This document shows, one piece after another, positions 1 to 8,842 of a DNA stretch of 64,000 nt. The DNA lies in the IMG/VR virus record IMGVR_UViG_2929701070_000001, positions 57,042 through 121,041 of that record; one strand, written 5' to 3'. How positions within the stretch are numbered: the stretch's first letter is position 1; each line of letters opens with the position of its first letter. The stretch comes from a virus (Duplodnaviria; Caudoviricetes). The position numbers were made by a program, and so were the translations under genes. The notes beneath the pieces were generated by a model that was not told the DNA's origin, did no database searches, and saw nothing but the letters and a program-made list of their open reading frames with translations.

Positions 1-1
1 T

Positions 2-262
2 GTGCTGCTCGGCTGGGGCGGCCGTCTGTGGACGGTAAGCCAGTCGTGTGCCTGCGCGCACCCGGACGGTCGGGCCGCGATCGGCTCCGGCGAAGGCCCC
101 GCGATCGGCGCTCTCGACGTGCTCCTAGACCAGGGCACCGAACCGGCCGTCGCGGTCACGCGGGCCGCCCAGGTCGGCATCACCCGCGACCGCTACTCCG
201 GCGGACCCGTGCAGGTTGAGCGATTGGCGGGCCCTGACGAACCTGATGAGGGTGACCGGTGA
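2..262 (+). CDS. C-terminal part of HslV/proteasome-beta-like (Ntn-hydrolase) peptidase, 5' truncated
   Basis: AIGSG..AIGAL...AV..A....D.YSGG pattern typical of the C-terminal half of HslV-like proteins. Confidence 0.55.
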   Translation: MLLGWGGRLWTVSQSCACAHPDGRAAIGSGEGPAIGALDVLLDQGTEPAVAVTRAAQVGITRDRYSGGPVQVERLAGPDEPDEGDR

Positions 263-423
263 GCGAGCAGCCGTACAACAACGGCGGGTGCCTTCCACCG
301 CCGCAGCCGATCCGCATGCGCCTGCACCCCGACGAATGCGTGGTCCGATTCGAGGATGACCGGGCGGTGTGCGTGCGCGCCGACCACCAGGACCGCACCT
401 GCTCCCGCCGCCCCACCGACTGA
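259..423 (+). CDS. small hypothetical protein (54 aa)
   Basis: GTGA overlap with upstream stop; open to TGA at 421-423. Confidence 0.4.
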   Translation: MSEQPYNNGGCLPPPQPIRMRLHPDECVVRFEDDRAVCVRADHQDRTCSRRPTD

Positions 424-584
424 CTGTCTGGTTCCTCGCGCGGCCGGCGTGCTGCGACACCCGAGCCCATACGGAGGCTGTGACCTTCGTGTGCTGCGGG
501 AAACCGAGGATGTGCCCTCGGCGGTGACCCGACCCACCCCGGGATGGGACGGCGCCGCACCGGCCGCGCGAGCAACCAGACAGT
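423..584 (-). ncRNA. candidate structured RNA (long closing stem, multibranch core)
   Basis: 24/25-bp inverted repeat 423-447/560-584; internal helices need G-U pairs that form on the minus strand. Confidence 0.45.
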
Positions 585-667
585 AGAGACAACGGTCGTG
601 ACATGAGCTATCCGATAGCCATCCGGCATGCCACAGCGCATGCCATGGCCGTTGCCATCCGCGACAG

Positions 668-982
668 GTGGTGACCACGCTGACCTCGCCCACCCCCAGC
701 CGCAGGCCCTGCACCATCCTCGTCGCGCTCAACGAAGCCGACGCCACCTGGTGGCAGTTCGTCACCGACCCCGACCACGTGTACCTCACCCAACGCCCCG
801 CCCCACAGGACACCGGGTTGCAGCCGACAGCCGTGCACATCACCCCCGACGCCCGCCGCGGCGACCACTACCGGCCCGTCATGGACCTCGTGCACCGGCA
901 GCTCGCCGCCATGCGCCCCCACCAGCGACCGCCCATCAACCGGCTGGACGAGCATCCGGGGCGAGGGGAGAAGCCGCAGTGA
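668..982 (+). CDS. hypothetical protein, paralog of the C-terminal domain of the next gene
   Basis: ORF coupled to next gene; shares C.LLVALNE.DA.[WY]W and [HY]ITP.A..G..Y..[VI]M..VHR.L. Confidence 0.6.
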   Translation: MVTTLTSPTPSRRPCTILVALNEADATWWQFVTDPDHVYLTQRPAPQDTGLQPTAVHITPDARRGDHYRPVMDLVHRQLAAMRPHQRPPINRLDEHPGRGEKPQ

Positions 983-1488
983 GCCGCACACCCAGCCCCG
1001 CCGACCAGCGCTGCAACCTCAACCCGGATGTGGTGGACGCCCTCGCCGACCAGTTGCACACCCTCAACTGCACTCCACTTATCGGCGCCGCCGCAAAGTT
1101 CACCCCGCAGCATCGCGACAACGACCTCGCGCAGGCACGGTTCCTGCTCCAAGGACTCCGCGGCACCGGCTGGGAACTCACCCGCGCACCCAAGCCGGAC
1201 GGAGAGCAGCCCCATCGCTGCGCTCTCTTGGTGGCGCTGAACGAGGACGACGCCAAGTACTGGCGGCACGCAGGCGGCACCCGACGGGCGGCCCTCACCC
1301 ACGGCAACAGCCCACTCCGCAGCGTTGAAGGACTCAGGGTGACCGATGTGTACATCACCCCACGCGCCGCCGAAGGCGAACGGTACGAACGGATCATGGG
1401 CACGGTGCACCGGAGCCTGCGGCTGATGAACGTCGACCCGAGCACCGCCATCAACTACCTGCACGAGCAGCCGGAAGGCGGGCAGTAG
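979..1488 (+). CDS. hypothetical protein
   Basis: GTGA overlap start with SD; paralogous domain with previous gene. Confidence 0.6.
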   Translation: MSRTPSPADQRCNLNPDVVDALADQLHTLNCTPLIGAAAKFTPQHRDNDLAQARFLLQGLRGTGWELTRAPKPDGEQPHRCALLVALNEDDAKYWRHAGGTRRAALTHGNSPLRSVEGLRVTDVYITPRAAEGERYERIMGTVHRSLRLMNVDPSTAINYLHEQPEGGQ

Positions 1489-1490
1489 CG

Positions 1491-1844
1491 GTGGCAGTCG
1501 AAGACGGCAAGAGGTACAGCCCACTCGACCGCGACAGCGTTCACGCCGACATGGCCGACGACCCCATCACCACCCGCCGCAACCTCGACCGGCAGCCCGC
1601 TGTAGCCGCCGCCCACGACGGGTGCGCCGACTGCGCGACACTTCTGCCACCGCAGGCACCCAACCGAGTCGGGAAGATCCAGCTCACCCTCCAAGAAGTA
1701 TCCGACACGTTCGGCCTTCCGGCCGGCGCGCGAGCACTGCGCATGTACGTGCAGGACGACCCGCACGCCCTCGTCGTCGTCGTGGAATCCGACGACCTGC
1801 CGCCCGTCCCCGACGGCGCTGGCACCCCGTATCTGAACCGCTGA
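1491..1844 (+). CDS. hypothetical protein
   Basis: tightly packed ORF with high GC3. Confidence 0.5.
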   Translation: MAVEDGKRYSPLDRDSVHADMADDPITTRRNLDRQPAVAAAHDGCADCATLLPPQAPNRVGKIQLTLQEVSDTFGLPAGARALRMYVQDDPHALVVVVESDDLPPVPDGAGTPYLNR

Positions 1845-1916
1845 GCATCCCCGCTCACGGGCGGCCATCCCGGCATGGGGCGCTGCTCGTCTTCCCGACA
1901 TGGGAGTTGACTCGTC

Positions 1917-2432
1917 ATGGCTGGACGCGGCCCCGCGCCGAAGGACCCGAGCAAGCGGGCACGACGCAACAGTGACCCCGTGCCCACCACCGTCATCGAC
2001 TTCACCAAGGGTGAGCAGCCGGAACTGCCGGCGGACTACCCGTGGCCGGAGCAGACCCGCGCCTGGTGGCGGATGTGGGCAGAGTCTCCGCAGGCCGAGC
2101 ATTTCATGCAAACCGACTGGGACTTCCTGCTCGACACTGCGATGGTGCACGCCGAGCTGTGGGCCGGAAACATCGGCGCTGCGGCTGAGCTGCGGCTGCG
2201 GGTGGCGAAGTTCGGCGCGACGCCGGAGGACCGGGCGAGGTTGCGGATTCAGTTCGCCGAGGCGGACGAGCGGGACGGCGCGCGGCCGGCGGGCAGCACC
2301 GCGAAGGAGCGGTACGGGAACCTGCGGCCGGTGGCCAGCGGCGAGGGCGGCGGCGCGACGGTAGTGCCGATCAAGTCGGCCCCGGCGAGGAAGGCGGCGG
2401 CACCTCGGCGGCGCACCCAGGCGGACAAGTAA
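1917..2432 (+). CDS. terS: terminase small subunit
   Basis: MAGRGPAPK..., WW..W..SPQ, ELRLRVAKFGATPEDR.RLR typical of actinophage TerS; position upstream of terL. Confidence 0.85.
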   Translation: MAGRGPAPKDPSKRARRNSDPVPTTVIDFTKGEQPELPADYPWPEQTRAWWRMWAESPQAEHFMQTDWDFLLDTAMVHAELWAGNIGAAAELRLRVAKFGATPEDRARLRIQFAEADERDGARPAGSTAKERYGNLRPVASGEGGGATVVPIKSAPARKAAAPRRRTQADK

Positions 2433-2546
2433 TCACGGCAACGAGCTGCGGGAACGCTCGCTTCGTCTCCACATGAGACAATAAAAACGTAAGCCCCGGC
2501 GGGTGCTGGTAACACCCCCGGGAGTGGCCGACTGGTTGGAGTCGAC

Positions 2547-3410
2547 ATGGCCGAGCATACCTGCGCACACTGCGCCGGTCCCATCACCACCCGCACGAGC
2601 AAGGCGACCTTTTGCTCCGTCAACTGCCGTCAGGCGGCAGGTCGACGCCGGAGGGGCGAGGTCGTTGGGGCAGCCGGCAACTGCCCGGGATGCGGAGCCT
2701 CGCTCGCCGGGCGTTACCAGGGAACGAAGCACTGCTCGATTGCCTGCGCGAGGGCGGTTCAGCGGAATCCTGGAGTTCTGCTTCCGATGCTCCTGCCGAT
2801 CCGTTGCCGTAGGTGCAGGGTGGAGTTGCCCGATCAGCGGGGCATCCGGGGCAAGAAGCGGCTGTGCAGCGACGACTGCCGACGGCAGAAGAAGAACGCC
2901 GTACGCCGCGCCGAACGCTTCACCATCCAATGCGTTGTCTGCCACGCATCTGTGGAGACGGCGGACGGACAACAGCGGTACTGCTCGGTTGACTGCCGTA
3001 GGATCCGCCGCCGACACCCCCGTGACGCGAGGGTGTGCGGCCCATGTGGCTCGCCGTTCTGGCCGAACACGTCCCAGCAGATTTACTGCGGCCGGGTGTG
3101 CCGCAGGCGCGGTCATTACCTGGCGAACAAGGACCGCTATCTCTCCGACGTTCGGCTTCGCAAGGCCCGCGTTCGGGGTGTGACGACGGAGTACTTCACC
3201 AGCCTGGAAATCTACGAGCGGGACGGCTGGATCTGCGGCATCTGCCACCAGCACGTTGATCCAAAGCTGGAGTTCCCGCACCCGTGGAGCAAGAGCCTCG
3301 ATCACCGCATCCCCGTCTCCAAGGGCGGGCCACACTCCCGCGAGAACACTCAGATAGCTCACCTCCTCTGCAACCTCCGAAAGAGCGACAAGTTGCTGGA
3401 GGCCGTTTGA
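2547..3410 (+). CDS. HNH endonuclease with N-terminal CxxC/treble-clef repeats (likely free-standing homing endonuclease)
   Basis: RDGWICGIC...SLDHRIPVSKGGPHSRENTQIAHLLCNLRK; about five CxxC..[FY]CS..C repeats. Confidence 0.9.
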   Translation: MAEHTCAHCAGPITTRTSKATFCSVNCRQAAGRRRRGEVVGAAGNCPGCGASLAGRYQGTKHCSIACARAVQRNPGVLLPMLLPIRCRRCRVELPDQRGIRGKKRLCSDDCRRQKKNAVRRAERFTIQCVVCHASVETADGQQRYCSVDCRRIRRRHPRDARVCGPCGSPFWPNTSQQIYCGRVCRRRGHYLANKDRYLSDVRLRKARVRGVTTEYFTSLEIYERDGWICGICHQHVDPKLEFPHPWSKSLDHRIPVSKGGPHSRENTQIAHLLCNLRKSDKLLEAV

Positions 3411-3428
3411 CGAGAGGACGGTGAGGTC

Positions 3429-5130
3429 ATGCCATGGAAGCCGAGTTACCCGGGGGAAGTCCCCACTCTCGGCTGGCTTTGACCTCGTCCTCGACTGGAT
3501 CTCCGAGTATTTGGCGGCACCAGATCGGGCTGAGTATGAGCCCTTTGTGCCGTATTCGGAACAAGCCGAATTTCTACTGGCTTTCTATGAAATCAACCCG
3601 AGAACGGGAAAGCGTCGGCGTCGGCGGGGCGTGATCAGCCGGCCGCGTGGGTGGGGCAAGTCTCCGCTGTTGGGGGCGATCGCGCTCGCCGAGGCGTTGG
3701 GGCCGGTGGTGCCCGACGGATGGACAGCCGATGGAGAACCGGTCGGCCGTCCTTGGAGTGACATCCGCACGCCGCGGGTGGGCATCCTCGCTGTGTCGGA
3801 GGCGCAGACCGACAACACGTGGGCGCCGATGCTGGAGATGTGCGACGGCCCGCTCATGGCCGAGTACCCGGGCTTGGAACCGCTCGACACGATGGTGAAC
3901 CTGCCCCGAGGGAAGATCGAAAAGGTCACCTCGTCGGCCCGTTCCGTCAAGGGCAAGCCGTTCAATTTTGCGGTGATGGACCAGACCGAGGAGTGGGTGC
4001 CGTCTAACGGCGGCCTTAACCTGTTCGAGAAGGTCAAGAACAACACGGCGAAGACCGGCGGTTCGTTCATTGAGTCGCCGAACGCGTTCATCCCCGGCGA
4101 GGGGTCGGTTGCCGAGCAGTCGGCGTCGTTCTGGGCGGCCATCAAGGAGGGCCGGGCCCGTGATGACGGCCTGTACTACGACCACCGTGAGGCGCCGGCC
4201 ACCACGGACCTGACTGATCGGGAGTCGCTGATTGCTGGCCTGCGGCTGGCGTATGGGGATTCGTCGGCGCACCCGGACGGGTGTGTGCTGCACGATCCGC
4301 CGTGCCCGCCGGGTCACACGGACCTGGACCATCTGGTTGCCACGATTTGGGATCCCACCTCGGATGAGCAGGTGTCCCGGTCGGACTTCCTCAACCAGGT
4401 CACCCACGCCTCCGACTCGTGGCTGTCGCAGCCGGAGTGGAAGGGCTGCTTCGACGGCACGAAGGTGGTCGCCGACAAGGAGACCATCACCCTCGGCTTC
4501 GACGGCTCCCGGTCTCGCGCGAATGGGCGCACCACGGACGCGACCGCGTTGATCGCGTGTCGGGTAGAGGACGGGCACATTTTCGAGCCCCTGGACAAGT
4601 CCGTGTGGGAGCAGCCAGCGAAGATGCCGATCGGCCCCGACGGCAAGCCGACGGTGTGGCAGGTGCCGGTCCACGAGGTTGTGGCCGCCGTGCACGAGTG
4701 CTTCCGCCGATACAACGTGGTCGGGTTCTTCGCCGACCCGGCCAAGTGGGAGACGTGGATCGCGGACTGGGAGGCCAAGTACGGCGCCCGGTTGAAGGTG
4801 AAGGCCACCCGTGACCACCCGATCGAGTGGTGGATGACGGGCGGCCGGTCGCGGCAGATTGTGCAGGCGTTGGAGGAGTTCCACAACGCTGTGGTCACCC
4901 GGGAGTTGACCCACGACGGCTCGTACGCCCTGACACGTCATGTACTTCATGCTCGCCGCCGGTACAAGGCGGGCTCGGGGATGCAGATAGCGAAATCCCA
5001 CCCAGACAGTGCCGACAAGATCGATGCCGCGGTTGCGGCCGTGCTCGCCTGGCAGGCGCGGATGGCGGCCGTGGCCGCCGGTGTGGAGACGAAGCAGCGG
5101 CGACCGTACCGGGTGAAGCGGCTCCGATAG
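3429..5130 (+). CDS. terL: terminase large subunit; N-terminal 17 codons in a different frame (+1 shift at CTT TGA C, 3477-3483)
   Basis: Walker A RPRGWGKS, Walker B AVMDQTE, nuclease LGFDGS and KIDAAVA; ATG 3429 gives MPWKPSYPGEVPTLGWL*. Confidence 0.9.
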
Positions 5131-5159
5131 GCAAATCGCCGACGGCTACCAGGAAGGGG

Positions 5160-6695
5160 GTGGCCGTGGCGATCAACATCGAGGTGCCCCGCAGCCCCGG
5201 CTGGTGGATGGCGCGGCTGTTCAAGAAGCTGCACGACCGGCAGCGCGTTGACCGGCTGGAGTTGCTGCACAACTACCTGCACGGTAAGCCTCGGTTGCCG
5301 CAGGGCGCGGAGAACGTGCGGGAGATGTTCGCGCAGTTCCAGCGCAAGGCGTGCGTGAACGTGCCCGCGGTGGTGGTGGGGTCGGTGTCGGATCGGCTTC
5401 GTCCGGTCGGTTTCAAAACGGCAGTTGACCAGGACGTTTCCGGTGACCAGCAGGCGTCGGACGTGTGGGAACGGACCGGCCTGAACATCATCGCCGCGGA
5501 CGTGCACGACATGATGCTGAACCTCGGTGAGGCGTACGTGATTGTGGGTCCGGTCGATGACGACACGGGGGCGCCGGTCATCACGGCTGAGGATCCGCGG
5601 TTCATGGTGGCGGAGGCTGACCCGGCGAAGCCGCAGAAGCTGCTGGCGGCGTTGAAGGTGCTGCACGACGACATTGACGGCGTGCACCGGGCGTACCTGT
5701 ATCTGCCGGGCCGGGTGTATGTGGCGTTCACTCCGTCGAAGGTGGCGCAGGCGAGGCCCCGGTTTTCGTCGGCGTCGTGGTCGTGGGATGCGAGCAAGGG
5801 CGGCGAGGACGGCCAGAAGCTCACGCACGACCGGATGCCGGTGGTGCGGTTCCTGAACAAGGACGGTGCCGGCGAGTACGAGCACCACCTGGACCTGATC
5901 GACCGGATCAACCACAACATCCTCCAGCGGCTCGTGATCGCCAGCGGACAGGCATTCCGGCAAATGGCCGTGTCGGGGCTGCCGGACGAGGACGCAGACG
6001 GCAACGAGATCGACTGGTCCGACTCGTTCGTGATGATGCCGGGCGCCATGTGGCAGTTGCCGCCGGAAGCGGAGATGTGGGAGTCGCAGGTCACCGACCT
6101 GCGACCGATCATCGAAGCGTCCCGTGACGACTTCCGTCAGGTCTCCATGGCCACCGGCACCCCCATGTACATGATGGTGCCGGACGGGCAGAACCAGTCG
6201 GCGACCGGCGCGGGCCTGTACCGGGAGCAGTTGGTGTTCCGGGCGAGGGACCGCCGGGAACGGGCGACCGGCCGGTGGGCTGAGGTGATGTCGCTGGCGT
6301 TCGAGGAACTGGGTGACACCAAGCGCGCGGACGTGGCGACCTTGCGAACGCAGTGGGCGCCGGTGGAGCAGTTGTCGCTGGCGGAGAAGGCCGACGCGGC
6401 GGCGAAGGCGCAGAACGACATGCCGCGCCGGTCCCGGCTGATCGAAATTTGGGGCTGCACCCCGGATCAGGCTGACCGGATGATGTCGGAGTGGCAGGAC
6501 GAGCAGGTGTTCGCCATGCAGCTCGCGGCGATGCAGGCCGCCCAGAATCAGCTCCAGGCGGGTGGGCAGCCGCCGATTCGGGCTATCGCGTCCACGCCGG
6601 CGCAGCCGCAGGTGCCGCCGGCTGAGGATCCGCTGGCCGGGCTTGACCTCAACCAGATCGCGAGCACGGATCCGGTGACGACGGCGGTGAACTGA
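5160..6695 (+). CDS. portal protein
   Basis: follows terL, ~510 aa, SPP1-gp6-like actinophage motifs (LxNYLHG, PVVRFLN, DRINH, QAFRQ). Confidence 0.85.
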   Translation: MAVAINIEVPRSPGWWMARLFKKLHDRQRVDRLELLHNYLHGKPRLPQGAENVREMFAQFQRKACVNVPAVVVGSVSDRLRPVGFKTAVDQDVSGDQQASDVWERTGLNIIAADVHDMMLNLGEAYVIVGPVDDDTGAPVITAEDPRFMVAEADPAKPQKLLAALKVLHDDIDGVHRAYLYLPGRVYVAFTPSKVAQARPRFSSASWSWDASKGGEDGQKLTHDRMPVVRFLNKDGAGEYEHHLDLIDRINHNILQRLVIASGQAFRQMAVSGLPDEDADGNEIDWSDSFVMMPGAMWQLPPEAEMWESQVTDLRPIIEASRDDFRQVSMATGTPMYMMVPDGQNQSATGAGLYREQLVFRARDRRERATGRWAEVMSLAFEELGDTKRADVATLRTQWAPVEQLSLAEKADAAAKAQNDMPRRSRLIEIWGCTPDQADRMMSEWQDEQVFAMQLAAMQAAQNQLQAGGQPPIRAIASTPAQPQVPPAEDPLAGLDLNQIASTDPVTTAVN

Positions 6696-6696
6696 C

Positions 6697-7938
6697 GTGC
6701 CGACCGACGATGGGAAGCTCACCGCCTCCGAGGCCGCCGCCATGTATGCGCTGGTGCAGGCGCAGGCCGCGTTGCGGCAGCAGATCACCCAGATGGCTGT
6801 GGCGGCGGCGACGTTGCCGTGGACGACGTTCTCGGGCTGGTTCTCGTCGGCGGAGATCGGTCAGCTTGTGGCGAGTGTGTTGCGGATCGTGCAGCCGCTG
6901 CAACGGCAGGCCGCGCAGGTCACCGACGCGTTCCTGGCCCGGCAGATGTCCATCACACTCGGCCGGCGCGTGGAGCCGGTCGGGGTGATCGACGTGACCC
7001 GGCTGCGGCGGGCCCTGCCCGAGCCGGGCGACGCCCGGGAAAACCCGACCGCCGGGTCGATCGACCTGGCCGATGTGGGGGAGGGCCGCGACCAGTCGTG
7101 GTTCACCGGCAACTTCATCCCCCGCGACACCCCCGAGATCGTGGACTACAGCCTGCCCGAGGACGGCCGCGGGTGGATGAACCCGATGGTCGTGTACGGG
7201 CGGCCGGCGGACACCTACCGCTATCTCGTCAGCGAGCAGGACGTCGCGCCGGCCGTCGCGGTGCAGCGGGCGGTGCTGCGGGCGCAGCAGATCGCCGAGA
7301 TGGACGTCGCCCTCGCCATCCGGGAGCAGTCCCGCAAGGCTGTTGTGCTGAACCGGGCGGCGACTGGGTTCCGGCGGATTCTGCACCCCGAGCTGTCGCA
7401 GTCGGGTTTGTCGTGCGGCTTGTGCGTGGTGGCCGCGGACAGGATCTACACCAAGGGTGAGCTGTTGCCGCTGCATCCGGGCTGCAACTGTGAGGTCGCG
7501 CCGATCGTCAACGGCGTCGACCCCGGTTTGACGCTCAACGACGCTGACCTGTCCCGCCTGTACGAGGCGGCGGGCGGCACCACGTCGGGCCGGAAGCTCC
7601 AAAACCGGGTGCGGGTGTCAATCACCGAGCACGGCGAGCTGGGTCCGATCCTGGTCCGCTCGAACCATCACTTCCGTGACCCGTCCGAGGTTGCGCGGAG
7701 CAAGGCCGAGCAGTCGGAGTCGACGCGCAGGCGCCGCTCCGACCAGGCCGCCGCCCGCCGCGTCCGCACGGTCATCGACAGCAGCGACCCGGCGGAGTTC
7801 ATGCGCAGGCGTATCGCCGCGTTGGAGGAATCGATCGCCGCGATGGAACGTCTCCAGGCGGCCGGTGAGGACTTCGCCGATCAGATCATGCAGCGGCGCA
7901 TCGACGTTGAGCGGCTGCGTAACACAGTGCAGCTGTAG
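6697..7938 (+). CDS. MuF-like/capsid maturation protein
   Basis: position after portal; GFRRILHPELS..CGLCVVAADRIY..PLHPGCNCEV.P motif. Confidence 0.7.
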   Translation: MPTDDGKLTASEAAAMYALVQAQAALRQQITQMAVAAATLPWTTFSGWFSSAEIGQLVASVLRIVQPLQRQAAQVTDAFLARQMSITLGRRVEPVGVIDVTRLRRALPEPGDARENPTAGSIDLADVGEGRDQSWFTGNFIPRDTPEIVDYSLPEDGRGWMNPMVVYGRPADTYRYLVSEQDVAPAVAVQRAVLRAQQIAEMDVALAIREQSRKAVVLNRAATGFRRILHPELSQSGLSCGLCVVAADRIYTKGELLPLHPGCNCEVAPIVNGVDPGLTLNDADLSRLYEAAGGTTSGRKLQNRVRVSITEHGELGPILVRSNHHFRDPSEVARSKAEQSESTRRRRSDQAAARRVRTVIDSSDPAEFMRRRIAALEESIAAMERLQAAGEDFADQIMQRRIDVERLRNTVQL

Positions 7939-7951
7939 CTGCCCCTGAACG

Positions 7952-8015
7952 GGGGCCGGTTAGGTGAGCGGGGATGCCACCTGGTCGGCCCCTTCAAGCA
8001 TCCCCAAGCATCCCC
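7952..8015 (+). promoter_or_regulatory. intergenic hairpin with possible H-type pseudoknot
   Basis: 15-bp stem 7952-7966/7978-7992 with G-U pairs; loop GGGGATGC complementary to tandem GCATCCCC. Confidence 0.45.
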
Positions 8016-8033
8016 AGTTGTTGGAGCCCACCC

Positions 8034-8399
8034 ATGTCACTTGTTGAGCACGCCAAGCGTGAACTGGAGTTGTGCGGCCAGTTCGCGGAAGACCCGGCGT
8101 ACGCGCAGTCCCTTGTCGCGGCGGTGGCGGCGTTCGCCTCGTACGGCCACTCCGGCGGGTCCGCTGGCATCGCCATTCACCAGCTCACCACGCTGCTCCA
8201 ATACGGCAACCTTGCGCCGTTGACGGACGCCCCGGACGAGTGGATGCACGTGACCGACGCCGATGGCGGCCTGTGGCAGAACCGCCGCAACTCGGAGGCG
8301 TTCTCCACCGACGGCGGCAAAACCTACTACCTGCTCAGCGAGCGGACCGGCGACAAGAAGGTCATGCACCGGTCGAAGCCGGCGAAGGCGGGTGCGTGA
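8034..8399 (+). CDS. hypothetical protein
   Basis: SD GGAG; GHSGGSA..PLT..PDEW...WQN.R pattern recalled from phage hypotheticals. Confidence 0.7.
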   Translation: MSLVEHAKRELELCGQFAEDPAYAQSLVAAVAAFASYGHSGGSAGIAIHQLTTLLQYGNLAPLTDAPDEWMHVTDADGGLWQNRRNSEAFSTDGGKTYYLLSERTGDKKVMHRSKPAKAGA

Positions 8400-8842
8400 T
8401 GGCCCGTATCCAGATCCTCCAGTTGCCGCCGTACGGACCTGACGGTGAGCAGCCGTTCGCGCTGATCGTGGACCAGTGCGAGATGGCCTTCCCGATCCGC
8501 CAACTCACTGGCTCGGATCCGAGCGAGGCGCAGCCGTTCGAGGTGCGATCGTCCAGTCTGGTGGCCGTGCCGCCGGTCGATGTCACCGAGGGCGAATCGG
8601 AGCAGGACCGCTGGCAGCGGTTCGCCGAGCAGATCGGTGCCCGTGGCGCGTTCGTCACCCCGGAGCGTGTCGACATCGCGGACGAGGAGCCCAGCGACGA
8701 CATGCTGATCCAGTTCGACCACGCTGCGCTGCTCGACACGGTCAGCACCGCCGTGCGGGCGCACTTGGAGTCGACGGAGGCGTCGGACGCGTTCCGCGCG
8801 GACATGGAGCGGCGTGCCGCGGCAGCAAGGGTCGACGGCTGA
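8399..8842 (+). CDS. hypothetical protein
   Basis: TGATG coupling; MARIQILQLP...PFALIVDQ. Confidence 0.65.
   Translation: MARIQILQLPPYGPDGEQPFALIVDQCEMAFPIRQLTGSDPSEAQPFEVRSSSLVAVPPVDVTEGESEQDRWQRFAEQIGARGAFVTPERVDIADEEPSDDMLIQFDHAALLDTVSTAVRAHLESTEASDAFRADMERRAAAARVDG

Noticed and set aside
423-584. Retron ncRNA or c-di-GMP riboswitch
   Set aside because: No reverse transcriptase in the window and the riboswitch core motifs are missing; kept only as an unknown structured RNA
2433-3428. Group I intron carrying the HNH gene
   Set aside because: CTGCGGGAA resembles a P element, but no Q/R/S core is recognisable and terS and terL are not interrupted at this point
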